A stretch of DNA of 64,000 bases from Heterodontus francisci (Eukaryota): assembly GCF_036365525.1 (NCBI RefSeq), contig NC_090377.1:84974024-85038023 (forward strand), read 5' to 3'. The notes under the pieces were generated by a model. That model was not told the origin of the DNA. It was given only the letters and a program-made list of their open reading frames with translations, and did not search any database. The stretch's first letter is position 1; the number at the start of each line of letters is the position of its first letter. The position numbers were made by a program, and so were the translations under genes. Shown here in pieces: positions 23,224-35,938 of the stretch.

Positions 23224-23963
23224 TGGAATTTTAGCCACAAAAAATAAGTGGGTTTGTGTCATTTGGCGGGGTTAAAGTTTTAACATTCAGAATCTCGACA
23301 CCATCCAGCCTCTAACCCGCCCACTTCTGGCTTTAACAAATGCAGATTGGTACTGTAAATATTACGAGTCATTGTTATTTCAACATTTCAAATTTAACTG
23401 TAGACAGTCAGGTTTCCCGAGCCTCGGAAAATCTAGTAGCTAAACCCAGGTGAGGGCTGGCAGATCCAGGCAGTAAATTTACACCTACATGCTAGATCCA
23501 GTGTGTCTGCTCAGACAACCCCTAAATCTGACAGCCCCCCGCAACACTTACGATCTCCCCACTATCTTCCCATGTAGCCTTCAACCTCTGCCCAACGCTT
23601 ATGACCTCCCCCCAACAGGCCTCCGATCCCCACCCCTGACCTCCTCCGCCTCAGGTGCCCGGCCCCCACCCCATCCTGAGATCCCGGGATTGTAAATGCC
23701 CTCCATTCGGTTCAAGATCAAACCCCATCTGGCACATGGACCTATCTTGTCACCCTCCCTCCTCTGGACTGCCCCCACACTGTCTACCTTGAAGCCAAGG
23801 CTGTCAATCAGCTGGCTTCCAGGTAGGGAAGGTATTGATGATGTCACATGCACACCGTGGAGTTAAAACTTCACAGCGCATGAGGGATCTCTGACTTCTG
23901 GGGTCCGCGTGCTCTACTTACACCCCACTAAGGTATAAGTCAGGTAAGTTAAAAATACAACCC
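23224..23963. mobile_element. Probable non-autonomous DNA transposon splitting an old RTE-like fragment
   Basis: Ends TGGAATTTTAG.. / ..TAAAAATACAACCC resemble the Harbinger-type TIRs elsewhere; flanks 22975-23220 and 23965-24020 read as a LINE ORF remnant (RDWFD; KAAELQSYAD). Confidence 0.4.
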
Positions 23964-25384
23964 TGTGTGTGACACCCAGCAGCGAAAAAAGGCAGCTGAA
24001 TTGCAGTCCTATGCTGACCAGGCAGGGGGAAAGAACTGTGTCTATCCCATCTCACCGGAGGGCGAGATCATCGACGAGGTCTACTGCAGAGGACTGAGAT
24101 AAGGACTTTGATGGGGTGACATACAGGAGAATGCTGATGGGCAAGCACACAGAGATGCTTGATGCATTTGCATAGAGGTTCTTGCCACTGACAAGGAGCA
24201 TAGAGCAGTCTGGCTCCAAATTGGCACAGGGCTTCATGCAGAGCTTGGAGCCCATACTTTCCAGTGTGGAAGTAGTGGCCATGACAGCACTTGCAGACCA
24301 AGCTGTAATGCAATGTCTGGTGGCCGATGTCTCAGCTTTCATTGCAGCACAAGCAGAAGCCACCATATATCTGAGTGCTGCAGTGGAAGCTCGACTAAGT
24401 TTATGAGATTGATGTCTGTTGCCATGCAAGCCCATCTTGGTATCATGCAGGTTCAGACTGTTGCTCATGGCTGTGGTACCAGTGCTCAAAGGGGCCTGCA
24501 GGGTATCACAGCAGTCCAGCATTCTGTGCTCCAACAGATCACTAGGACTGCTGAGGCACTGCTCTGAGGGAAGTGGCAATGGAGTACCAAACTGCTGTCA
24601 GGATGACAACATTCTTGCTCCCACCACTGCCACTTCACCAGTGCCCTTTCTGCTACCTCTCAGCCAGCTAGTCCAGACTGCTGCCATCCATGCTGAGGTG
24701 GTGCAATCTGAAGCCAGGCCATCAATACTGTTCGAGGTTGTCCTGCTAGGTCATCTACAGTCTACCCCATTGAAAGTCAGCAACCTCCCACCAGCCATGC
24801 TGCAGCCACTGCGGGAGCAGTACGTAGGAGCACTAGACTAGGCAAAAGCACATGTAAGACAGGCACTAAGGGAATGCATAAAGACGATTAGTTCGGTTTT
24901 GTATGTATTATTGGAAACTCTGTTGGATAAAGTTGTCATGGAATGTTTTTTTGGTGTTTTTCTACTTCAAGAGGATGCTGTGGTGGTACCTAGGAAAGGC
25001 ATTGTAAAGGGGGATTTGCAGAGCAACGGTGATGTGGAAATGTGGGAACCGGAGTCTGAATAGCCACTTACAGACAGCTGGCCCAGAGTGAAGAGAGCCC
25101 AGATGCCTCTTTCCTTCCTCCTCTTCCTTGCTCTCTGAAGGCTTGGTGTCAATGACGGCATCCTCATGAGAGTGAGGTTGTGGAGGACGTAGCAGGGCAC
25201 TGTGAACTTGACAAGTACTGGAGGACTTCCCTGAGTGGTCCAGCCAGCGGAAGCATTGTTTCAGAATGCCAATGGTTTGCTCCATGAAGTTTCTGGTGGC
25301 AGCATGGCTCTGAATGTAGGCATGCTATCCACGTGTGGTCAGGTGGCGGAGGGGAGTCATAAGCCAACTGTACATAGGGTAGCT

Positions 25385-27100
25385 GTAAAGCTTCCCCTTG
25401 TCCTAGCCCTGAACTCGCATCTTTCTCTAATTTCTCTCCTATCTCCCCTCATGCCCTCTCCAAGCTCATATTGTCCATGACACCCACTTCTTGCTCCCTC
25501 GAATTTATTCCCATTAAACTGCTGATCACCCAACTTCCCCTTCTGGTCCCCATGTTCACCGATATTGTAAACAGTTCTCTCTCTTCAAGTGTTCTTTCTC
25601 CATCAAATCCGTCGTCATTATCCCTCCCCTCAAAAAAAACTACTGACCCTGCAGTTCTTGCAAGCTACTGCCCCATCTCCAACCTCCCTTTCCTCTCCAA
25701 AGTCCTTGAAAGTATTGTTGCCTCCCAAATCCATTCCCATCTCCCTGGAACTCCATGTTTAAATCCCTCCAATCAGGTTTCTGCCCCTACCAAAGTACCA
25801 AGACGACTCTTATCAAAGTCACAAATGACATCCTATGTGACTGTGACAAAAATAAACGATCCTTCCTTGTCCTTCTTGACTTGTCTGTGATGTGATTGAC
25901 ATGGTTGACCACACCATCCTCCGCCAATCCTTCTCCACTGTCGCCCAGCTGGGTGAGACTGCTCTCCCCTAGTTCCGTTCTTATCTATCTAATCATAGCC
26001 AGAGTATCACTTGCAATGTCTTCTCTTCCCACCCCGCACCGTTACCTCTGGTGTCCCCCAAGGATCTATCCTTGACTCCCTCCTGTTTCTCATTTACATG
26101 CTGTCCTTCAGCGACACTATCTGAAAACACAGTATTTGTTTTCACATCTATGTTCTACCTCACCACCACATCTTTCAACTCCTCCATTGTCTCTAAATTG
26201 TCAGAATTGTCTGACATCCAATGCTGGAGGAGCAGACATTTCCTCCCATTAAAATCGGGAAGACCGAAGCCATTGTCATTGGTCCCTGCTACAAACTCTG
26301 CTCCCCAGCTACTGACTTCATCCCTTTCCCTGGCAACTGTCTGAGGCTGAACCAGACTGTTTGCAACTGTGGTGTCATATTTGACTCCAAGACGAGTTTC
26401 CAAACACAGATCTGTGCCATCACTAAAACTGCCTATTTCCACCTCTGTAACATTGTCTGACTCTGGCCCTGCCTCAGCTCATCTGCTGCCGAAACCCTCA
26501 TCCATGCTTTTGTTACCCCCAGACTTGACTGTTCCAATGCACTCCTGGCTGGCTTCCCACATTCTACACTTTGTTAGCTTCAGGTCATCCAAAACTCTGC
26601 TGCCCACATTCTTACTCGCATCAAGTCCTGTTCACCGATTACCCCTGCATGTTCGCTAACCTACTTTGGCTCCTGGTCAAGCAAAGCCTCGATTATAAAA
26701 TTCTCATCCTTGTATTCAAATCCCTCCATGGCCTTGACACTCACTATCTCTGTAATCTCCTCCAATCCCACAACCTTCTGAGATATCTGCACACCTTTAA
26801 TTCTGGCCTCTTGAGCATTCCCAATTTTAATCGCTTCACCATTGGTGGACACATCTTCAGCTGCCAAGGCCCTAAGCTCTGGAATTCCCTTCCTCTTCCC
26901 CTCTCTCTCTTCTTTAAAATGCTCCTGCAAAAGTCTTTGGCCAAGCTTTTGGTCATCTGCCCTAATATTTCCTCATTGTTCCTGGCTGAGGTGAAGGTAG
27001 GAGAGGTGCTTTATGAAAAATAATTAATTTTGCTATTTAATGCTCCTTGGGACATTTTATTTGTCAAAATACAAAATATATAAATACAAGTTGTTGATTT
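25385..27100 (+). mobile_element. L2 LINE 3' portion, frameshifted
   Basis: IPIKLL..IVNSSLSS, YCPISNLPFLSKVLE, KILILVFKSLHG, GPKLWNSLP; tail ATAAATACAAGTTGTTG. Confidence 0.88.
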
Positions 27101-27663
27101 TATTGCAACTGCTGTCATGAAGCAGTCAGACTCTGATCCATCATGGTGGCCCAAAGATTGTGGGTATGGCTGACCTGTGGAGGATGAGTGCATTGCTACT
27201 GCTGCCAGGGGAGCGGGAATTCACCAACAGGATGTTCTGTGCATGGTCACAAACCAACTGCACATTCATGGAGTGGTAATCCTTCTGGTTACAGTACATC
27301 CTCCTGTTAATATATGGGGCCTGCACAACCATGTGCATGCATTTAATGGAGCCCTGGGCAATTGGGAATCCCAATACTCTGCCAAAGCCATGTGCCCAGT
27401 CCTCCTCCTTTCCTCGTAATAGAGAAGACTACGAAGCCCTCTCTCCTTTCCTCTGTTACCTCCTTGATGCAGGCATGTATGGAAGACTATGAAATGTTGG
27501 CAATGTCACCTGCTCCAGCCTGGCATAGAAATTGAGACTCAGGGTGAACTTCATGGCCACTGGCATTGCCGTCCTTGCCCGGCGATGTGGATGTGGTCCT
27601 GTTGGAGGAGGTAGCACAATTTAGTGGCTACCTTCTTGGTGAAATGTAGCCTCCTCAGACATT

Positions 27664-28373
27664 GGGCTGGATTTTACTTTAGGTGAAAGGAATTCACCAC
27701 TGACGTAAAAGTCGGTGGTGAATGCGCTTCCGCCTAGCTGGGGATCCGTCCCGCATTTTACCGGTCTGCTCGCTTTAATTGTCCCGAGGCGGGACTTCCA
27801 TCCGCTTGAGGGAAAAGGTCCCTCCTCATTGAGCTGCCAGCCAATCAGCGGGCCGGCAGCTCTTAGTCCCAGCAGCACCACCGGGACCAGTAGCCACTGC
27901 TGGGACTGCAGCCCAGCTGACCAGATGGAGCCAGGAGACGAGGTAAGTTGGGCATGCCTCACCAGGGACATCGGTTCTTCCCTGGTGAGGCTGGAGTGCT
28001 CGTTTGGGGGGAAGGGGACGTCTTGGGTCCCGGGGTTGGGTTGGGAGGCGGGGGCGGCCCTCAATCGGGCACCCTGTGCCCAACTGCCATTGCCCCCCCC
28101 CCGGCATGCAGAAAAGCCATCAGCTATCGCCGGGCGGCCTTTCACGTCCCCAGCACGCCCGCTTGCCACAGGTAAAATACCCGTGCAGGCGGGCAAGGGC
28201 CCTTAAGTGGCCGTTAAGTGGCTACTTAAGGGCGTTGATTGGCCTTGGGCGGGCGGGCTTTTGAGTTGACCGGAGGCGGGAACGCAGCTGTTAGGCCCCT
28301 GGAGCCTCCCACTCCATTTTACGCCGCCCTCACGCTACCATCCGACCCGCTGGGGCGGCGTAAAATTCAGCCC
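27664..28373. mobile_element. PIF/Harbinger-type MITE (GC-rich, apparently young)
   Basis: TIRs GGGCTGGATTTTAC / GTAAAATTCAGCCC; ATT TSD (27661-27663 / 28374-28376); CpG retained. Confidence 0.85.
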
Positions 28374-28414
28374 ATTGTTCCTGGCTGAGGCGAAGGTAGG
28401 AGAAATACTACACT

Positions 28415-28914
28415 GGATGTTACATTACGGCCGCTGAAATCAGTGGTGGCTGTAAACAATGGCGGCCCGCATGGGTGGGCTGTACTTCACGGAGCCGCCA
28501 CAATATTAAATGCGGCGGCTCATTTAAATGGCCAGGGCGGATCCCCCACCCCACCGATGACGTGGAGTGTGCGGGTGGTCTGTCCCTGGCAATGGCATCA
28601 GGTGCCACTGCGCAGGCACCGACACCATTTTTAAAGGGCTTCGAGCCCTACATTGCCATTTAAAATTTAACGGGACATTTGTTATAAAAAATTAAATTAC
28701 TTGATATTGACCCTTTCCCAACCCCCAATAACCATAGAATTAAGTACCTGCCCTTTCTCTCCCCTCCCTGTCCCCACCGCCAATGAACACTTACCTGGTG
28801 CACCTGACCTTCCCCCGCAAAGTTCACAAACTTTCTTCTTTACCCTTTCACCATTCCCTAAAGCAAACAAATCACTCTGACGCTGACGTCGTGGGGGGCT
28901 GTAAAATCCAGCCC
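28415..28914. mobile_element. PIF/Harbinger-type MITE with damaged left end
   Basis: Right TIR GTAAAATCCAGCCC followed by ACT; left ACT-GGATGTTAC looks like a shortened TIR. Confidence 0.55.
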
Positions 28915-29238
28915 ACTGTCTGAAGATTCTTGGTGGGTTCAGCCTTCTATTGAGAGCCCTCCTCCTCCCTCACCACATATCTTCCCCTCCTTGCTACCTG
29001 TGCTCATGTCTCTGTCGTGTTGCAGGCCAAGAAAAACTGCAACTATAGCCCCGTTACTGAAACAAGCTTTCTCCAGAGAGGCCTTCCAACTCCTCTGACC
29101 TCCTTGTCAAAGACCAGTATCATTCCTTTGTGAATCCCAAAACTTTTCCAATTTCCTTGAATAACGCCCAACACGGGTAGGTACTTCCACTCACTCCGCA
29201 GCAGCAAAGAAAGTTAAAAGCAGCTCACCTTACGTGCT

Positions 29239-29379
29239 AAAATAAAAGCAAAATACTGCGGATGCTGGAAATCTGAAATAAAAACAAGAAATGCTGGAAC
29301 CACTCAGCAGGTCTGGCAGCATCTGTGAAAAGAGAAGCAGAGTTAACGTTTCGGGTCAGTGACCCTTCTTTGGAACTGG
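29239..29379 (-). mobile_element. Short Penelope-derived hammerhead element with 13-bp TSD
   Basis: CACCTTACGTGCT at 29226-29238 and 29380-29392; minus strand starts CCAGTTCCAAAGAAGGGTCACTGACCCGAAACGTTAACT. Confidence 0.8.
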
Positions 29380-30406
29380 CACCTTACGTGCTGCTGCCTT
29401 TAATTCGCACCCTGCTTGGGGTGGGGGGATGGGGTAACTGGTGCAGCTGGGAGTGAATAAAAGGGGGCATTAACAGAACCAGCGAGGTCCAAAATGATAG
29501 TTTATGTGCCAAATCAGCATTAGATACTGTTCGATGTCACAAAGTGCCCACTTTGCAAGCTTCCAAAGCATGCAGGGCATATCTACCCTGACCATCATGG
29601 TATGCTTTGTGGGCTGCGCTGAAAGTAGCCGGAAGCGGTTTGGCCTACATTTGTGAAATTATGGGCTTCCCATGGCAGTACTACCAAGTCGAATTTTGCA
29701 GTTCCAACATCCCAAATATCTTATTATGCTACTGAATGGAATGGCATGCAGGGAAGTGTAATCTGAGTATTGATCCTCATGATGCTAAGTTCTAAGTTTC
29801 TCAGCATCTTCAATATCTCACTCCACCTCCTCCTACCATTCCACGTCTAGTCTTTTCTGAATTGCAAAGTTGTGAAGAATAATGCATCTTGGGAGACCAT
29901 CTCGGCAGTAGTTAGCAGAGCCCCTTCTGCTAACTTCTGCAACATTGCAAAACATTGCTTTCAGAACCTCAATAATTCTCCCAGTGACCACTCTAGTTGA
30001 TGAATGGGCCTCATTTTATCAAAGGTCCACTGGTGAGTTTGGCAGTTGAAGTGATGTCATGACTCATGAAACCAAAATGTATATCTTCTTTCACAGTAGC
30101 CTCCTGACACTTGACAATCAAACCATGACAACTCTCTGTAAATTTAGCATGGACATTATTATGGAATGACCACGCAAGACAAAGCCCCCAATCAAAATAT
30201 ATGATTCTGATTTCGGTGGGAGCAACGCACTGTCAATTCAGTCCCGTCACTTCAGAGGTCGCACAACATATATCTTCAGTGCTTTCCCAAATCAAAGAAA
30301 GATACAGCCGAATTGAATAATCTAATAACCCCTGAATGTGGTGAACCAAACCAGGTATCTTTAGATATTAACAAATTAACTGTTTATTAGAAAAACTAAA
30401 AAAATC

Positions 30407-31600
30407 TTTTTTTAAATTCATTCATGGAATGCGGGCGACGCTGGCCAGGCCAGCATTTATTGCCCATCCCTAATTGCCCTTGAGAAGGTGGTGGTGAGCT
30501 GCCTTCTTGAACCACTGCTGTCCATTTGGGGTAGGTATACCCACAGTGCTGTTAGGAAGGGAGTTCTAGGATTTTGACCCAGCGACAGTGAAGGAACGGC
30601 GATATAGTTCCAAGTCAGGAGGGTGTGTGACTTGGAGAGGAACTTGCAGGTGGTGGTGTTCCCATGTATTTGCTGCCCTTGTCCTTCTAGGTGGTAGAGG
30701 TCACGGGTTTGGAAGGTGCTGTCTAAGGAGCCTTGGTGCATTGCTGCAGTGCATCTTGTAAATAGTACACACTGCTGCTACTGTGCGTCGGTGGTGGAGG
30801 GAGTGAATGTTCATAGATGGGATGCCAATCAAGCGGGCTGTTTTGTCCTGGATGGTGTCGAGCTTCTTGAGTGTTATTGGAGCTGCACCCATCCAGGCAA
30901 GTGGAGAATATTCCATCACACTCCTGACTTGTGCCTTGTAGATGGTGGACAGGCTTTGGGGAGTCAGGAGGTAAATTACTCACCTCAGGATTCCTAGCCT
31001 CTGACCTGCTCTTGTAGCCATTGTATTTATATGGCTACTCCAGTTCAGTTTCTGGTCAATGGTAGCCTCTAGGATATTGATAGTGGGGGATTCAGCGATG
31101 GTAATGCTGTTGAATGTCAAGGGGAGATGGTTAGATTCTCTCTTGTTGGAGATGGTCATTGCCTGGCACTTGTGTGGCGTGAATGTAACTTGCCACTTAT
31201 CAGCCCAAGCCTGGATATTGTCCAGGTCTTGCTGCATTTCTACATGGACTGCTTCAGTATCTGAGGAGTCGTGAATAGTGCTGAACATTGTGCAATCATC
31301 CGCGAACATCCCCACTGCTGACCTTATGATTGAAGGAAGGTCATTATGAAGCAGCTGAAGATGGTTGGGCCTAGGACACTACCCTGAGGAACTCCTGCAG
31401 TGGTGTCCTGGAGCTCAGATGATTGACCTCCAACAACCACAACCATCTTCCTTTGTGCTTGGTATGACTCCAGCTAGTGGAGGGTTTTCCCCCTGATTCC
31501 CATTGACTTCAGTTTTGCTAGGGCTCCTTGATGCCATACTCGGTAAAATGCTGCCTTGATGTCAAGGGCAGTCACTCTCACCTCACCTCTTGAGTTCAGC
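30407..31600 (-). mobile_element. CR1-group LINE 3' fragment inside the 3' LTR
   Basis: MFADDCTMF, MEYSPLAWMGAAP; highly similar to 2773-3965. Confidence 0.92.
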
Positions 31601-34600
31601 CCTTTAACACTAATAAGGTAAACCAATATCTAAAGACCTTATAACTTATTTAAAAATCTAACTCCTGCATTTGCAAACATATACTCAAACTATCGGATGT
31701 TTGATGTTTAATTAGCTGCCTGAAAAAGCAAAGAATAACAATAAAGTCTTTGCCGATTACGTTCCTGCTGAAATTGAATCTTCCCACTATAGAAACGGTC
31801 CAAGGTTGCTTAATGTCTTCGCAGTTGTCCGATGGGAAAGACGATGTTCTTCAACATTAGGACAGTCAGTAGTCTGGTTCAGCAGTTGAAATGTTGCTCT
31901 TCTTCTCTGGCGATGAACACAGCAATAATTTGCTCCCACTTTCAAAAGAATCAATCTGGCTTGACTTTTCAGAATTTTGAGAGAGAATAACAAATAGGGT
32001 TTAAATAGACTGAGGGGAGAGCTCTCCTGTTTCCTTCACATGCCAGAACGGTCTATGACTCAACTGTCTCTGCAAAGCCAATTTTCTTTCAGCTAGTTTC
32101 AAAGTTAAATGGCAACATTGTATATCCTATTCTCTGTCTCTGAATGGTTGTATCCAGGGCAACCAAGATGCACCTTACCGTAACTCCTGAAACTGACTTG
32201 TTCTCCCTCTCTGTATGGTTGTATCCAGGGCAACCAAGATGCACTTTCATTTGGTAACTCTTTGAAGAAGTACTGATCTTTTGCTGCCTGAAAGGCGTAC
32301 TGCATTATTTCCCAAAAAACAAACAACAGGATCATGACACCTCTGGCCCTGGCAAAATGGAGCACCATTCCCCAAATGCATTTCATTACAATGTAAAAAA
32401 AAAAGACTTTGAAAAAACACTAACAATTTTTTTCTGTTATATTGACATACAATTTTCAAAAATGGTAAGACTACAGCAACAAGTACCATCAGAGCATTTT
32501 CGGCTTTATATTTTTTCAATAGTTGTCCCAATTAGCCCATTTCAAATTCCCAAACATTGCCTCCCAGTTGTTTCATGTTTTTCTTCCAAGTGTCCCTATT
32601 GTCCATCACTTCAGCCAGGTGAACTGCACAACTAGGAGCACTGACCACTACTGGGTTCACTATTTTCTGAGAAGTTTCTCGAGTACCCCTTAACCTATGT
32701 GGCATCACGTGATATTGGAAAAACCCCTCTGGTGTACAGAAGCTGACTTTTTTTTATTTTGGGGCATCAAAAGAATTTGACAGTATCCCTCCAACACTTT
32801 TGTCTCTTCAAGACACATTGTGTTGCCCACTCTGTTGATACAGCCCTTTAAATGAGAATTTTGGTAGGAGTCTGCCTTCCTTACCGCAATTACTTTTCTA
32901 GGGTCTATGCATGTTTGAGCTGACCCACCAGGTTTAGGCATCAAGACCACTTGTGAATTCCAGCTGTCCTGACTAGGTTCAACTAAGCTGCCCTTCAGCA
33001 TGCATGGTACCTCTGCTTCCACTATGGCCTGTCTGTCTGGACCTAAGCGGCAAGGATGTTGTTTTAAAGGGATGGTTCCCCCTATACCCACATCATGTAT
33101 GGCTAAGGTTGCACATCCCGGCTTATCCATACAAACTCTTTGAAATGTTGTGAAAACCCTGGTTAGGACTTCACGCTGTTTTGCCTCTGAGTGTAAAAGC
33201 ATATTGTCTAATTTTCCTAGCCATTCTGTATTCACTAATCTGATAGTTGGAGGTTCAATCTTAGAATTTCCTAGGCTTGCTTCTGCCTCATCCCCACTAT
33301 CCTTTTCCTTCTCAACAATTACCTGACATACCTGCACTGGTTTATCCTCCTCCCTGCGGTAATATTGCTTTAGCATATTGATGTGACACAACCGGTTCTT
33401 CTTCCGGCGATCAGGTGTGTCAATCAAGTAATCAACCTTACCCACTCTTTTTATTACTCTATATGGGCCACTGAACTGTGATTTTAATGGTTTCTCTGTA
33501 CTGGTAACAACACTAATACTTCATCCCCTGGTTTTATGGTAGGTTGTGGTTTACCCACCATTTGACAGGTATGGCATGTCCTACAAAATTGTAAGACCTG
33601 GCCAGTAATAATGTTGGCTTATTTGGTCTTCCAAATTACCCTACGTCCTGCAAAAGGAATGTTGTGGGGTAACCTTAATAATCCTTGGCGATATTTAGGT
33701 GGTACCACTATCTGTTCAACAACTGTCCAGTCTTCTTCTGCAGGTCTATGAGGCGGTCTCCATTTCTTCCTCAAAACCTCATTTGCCATTTCATAGCCTT
33801 CTTTCACCTCAGCTTCTGGCAGAGCCATCAGTGCTATTTGGTAGATCTCTGGATCAGCTTGCTGTGCTGCAATGATAGACGATCTGTTAAACATCTCATT
33901 TGGATTATCTAAATCCCCAAATAAGGCTTCAGATACTTGGCTGTCTATTTGTGGTGCCCCTTTTACCTCTGACAATGGATCCTGTTTAGCCATTCCTCGA
34001 GTGACTACACACGCAGGAAATATTCCCGGAACTTGTTCCTGTAATTGCTCCGTTTCCTTAATTTCACGTGGTTCCTTTATAATTCTAGGAGAAACTGATT
34101 CTTTTGATCCAGCCAAATCATTTCCTAGGAGTAGATCAATTCCCATTACTGGCAAACTGTGGACAACTCCTACAGTTACTATCCCAGATATTAAGTCACT
34201 CTCTAGGTATACTTTATTCAAAGATATGGGTATATACTCCCCGCCAATTACATTTACTAAAACTTTAGCATTCAAGGCGCTCTCTGGTGGAAAGCTTATA
34301 TCTTTCCCCAGCAAGAGTGTTTGGTTGCTCCTGTGTCCCTGAGTATAATGATAGGTTTTCCTGCCTCATTTACAGGATATGGAGTTAATTTCATTGTAAC
34401 GCTTGGGTATTTTATTCTTAACCTCTACACTCCTTTTAGTTTTAGTAACTGGTTTCACAGCTATCATTAAAGCTATAGCCTGGGCTGCTATACTCTCAGT
34501 GAGAGTCTTTTTCTCGGCACTAGCTTTGCGTACCCCAATAAGTCCAATGGGTTTACCTCACAATTTCCAGCACTCTGAATGAAGATGACCTGTTTTATGG

Positions 34601-35938
34601 CAATGATAACACTTTGGCTTGTGAACCTCACTTCTACTCTCAGCACCTTCCTTTCTGACCTGAGGAGGTGATCCTGGGGCATTCCCAGCTGTTCCTTCTT
34701 GTCTCCAGGTACTTGCCTTCCTTTCAATCTCCCACTTTCCATCCTTCTCAGGTTTATGGAGGCGACGGACAAAATAGGTTGGCTTATTCACAAGCTCAAA
34801 ATCATTAGCTATCTCTGCTGCTTGCCTCGCTTTCAAAACTTTCAGGTTATCTATATAAGTCCTCATTACTGAAGGAATGGAGTTTTTAAACTCTTTTAAG
34901 AGAATCAATTCTCGAAGGTTCTCATATTTGGTTTCTATCTTTAATGTCCGTATCCAATGGTCAAAATTCATTTGCTTCACCCGCTCAAATTCTAAATATG
35001 TCTGCCCAGTCAATCTCCATAAGTTCCTAAACTTCTAACGGTAAGCTTCAGGGACTAACTCTTACACAGCGCGAATAGCATTTTTTGCCATCTCATAATC
35101 TGCAGACGCCTCTTCAGAAAGCATGGCATAAGCTTCACGAGCTCTGCCTACCAGCCTGTCCGGCATGAGCAATGTCCAGCTTTCTTTCAGCCATTTCATC
35201 TGTTGGGCTATTTTTGCAAAAGATATGAAAAATGCCTCTACGTCCCTTTCCTCAAACTTAGGAAGAGCCTGTATAAATGTAAACATATTCTCACTGGGTC
35301 CTGATCTAAACTCAGATTCTTCCTAACCTGAATTTTCCCTGGATTTAAGACTACCCTTTTGTCTTAGCTCCATCTCTTTGAACCTAAATTCCCTCTCTTC
35401 TCTTTCACTTTCTCTCCAAAATGCTCTCTCTTTCTCCCTTTCCTCCAATTCAAGTTTTCTTATTGCTATTGCTTTTTCTTTTTTGTTTTCCTTTTCCTCT
35501 TTTCCAAATTCAAGTTTTCTTAATTCTTTTTCCTGCTGAAGCTCCAATTTTTTCATTTCTAACTGAATCCTAGCCAATTTCACTGCATTACTCTCGGACT
35601 TATTACCTTCATGTCTCTCATATTCCCTTTCCTGTTCCTCGTATTGCCCTTCATCTGTATTATTATCATCATCATCATCATCTTCTTCTACTAATTCTAG
35701 ATGTTCGGCTATTATTTCAATTATCTCTGCGTTTTTGGCACCTGATTTCAATTCTAACCCCAATTTTGCTGCCAATTCTTTTAATTTGTTCATTGTTAAA
35801 GTTATCATGTCAGTCAGGGAAACATTCTGCTTTCCCAAAAACTCTGCTACAACCACTAATACCATAACAATGGTATAGACTGTACATTATTATACAAAAG
35901 ACCTGGTTCTTTTCATTTCTTTGTAATTGGTGTCAGAG

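Larger units (their letters stand above)
24050..29220 (-). pseudogene. Fragmented PIF/Harbinger transposon: HARBI1-like DDE transposase (-) and probable convergent accessory ORF remnant (+, ~24050-24880)
   Basis: 27141-27374 GFPIAQGSIKCMH..NQKDYHSMNVQLVCD..PGSS; continues at 25380-24960 (WLMTP..EQTIGILKQCFRWLD); split by an L2 and by MITEs. Confidence 0.75.

Noticed and set aside
27621-28264. Overlapping 86-191-aa ORFs as a novel gene
   Set aside because: They lie in a GC-rich TIR/TSD-bounded MITE where stop-poor frames are expected; no recognisable domains.
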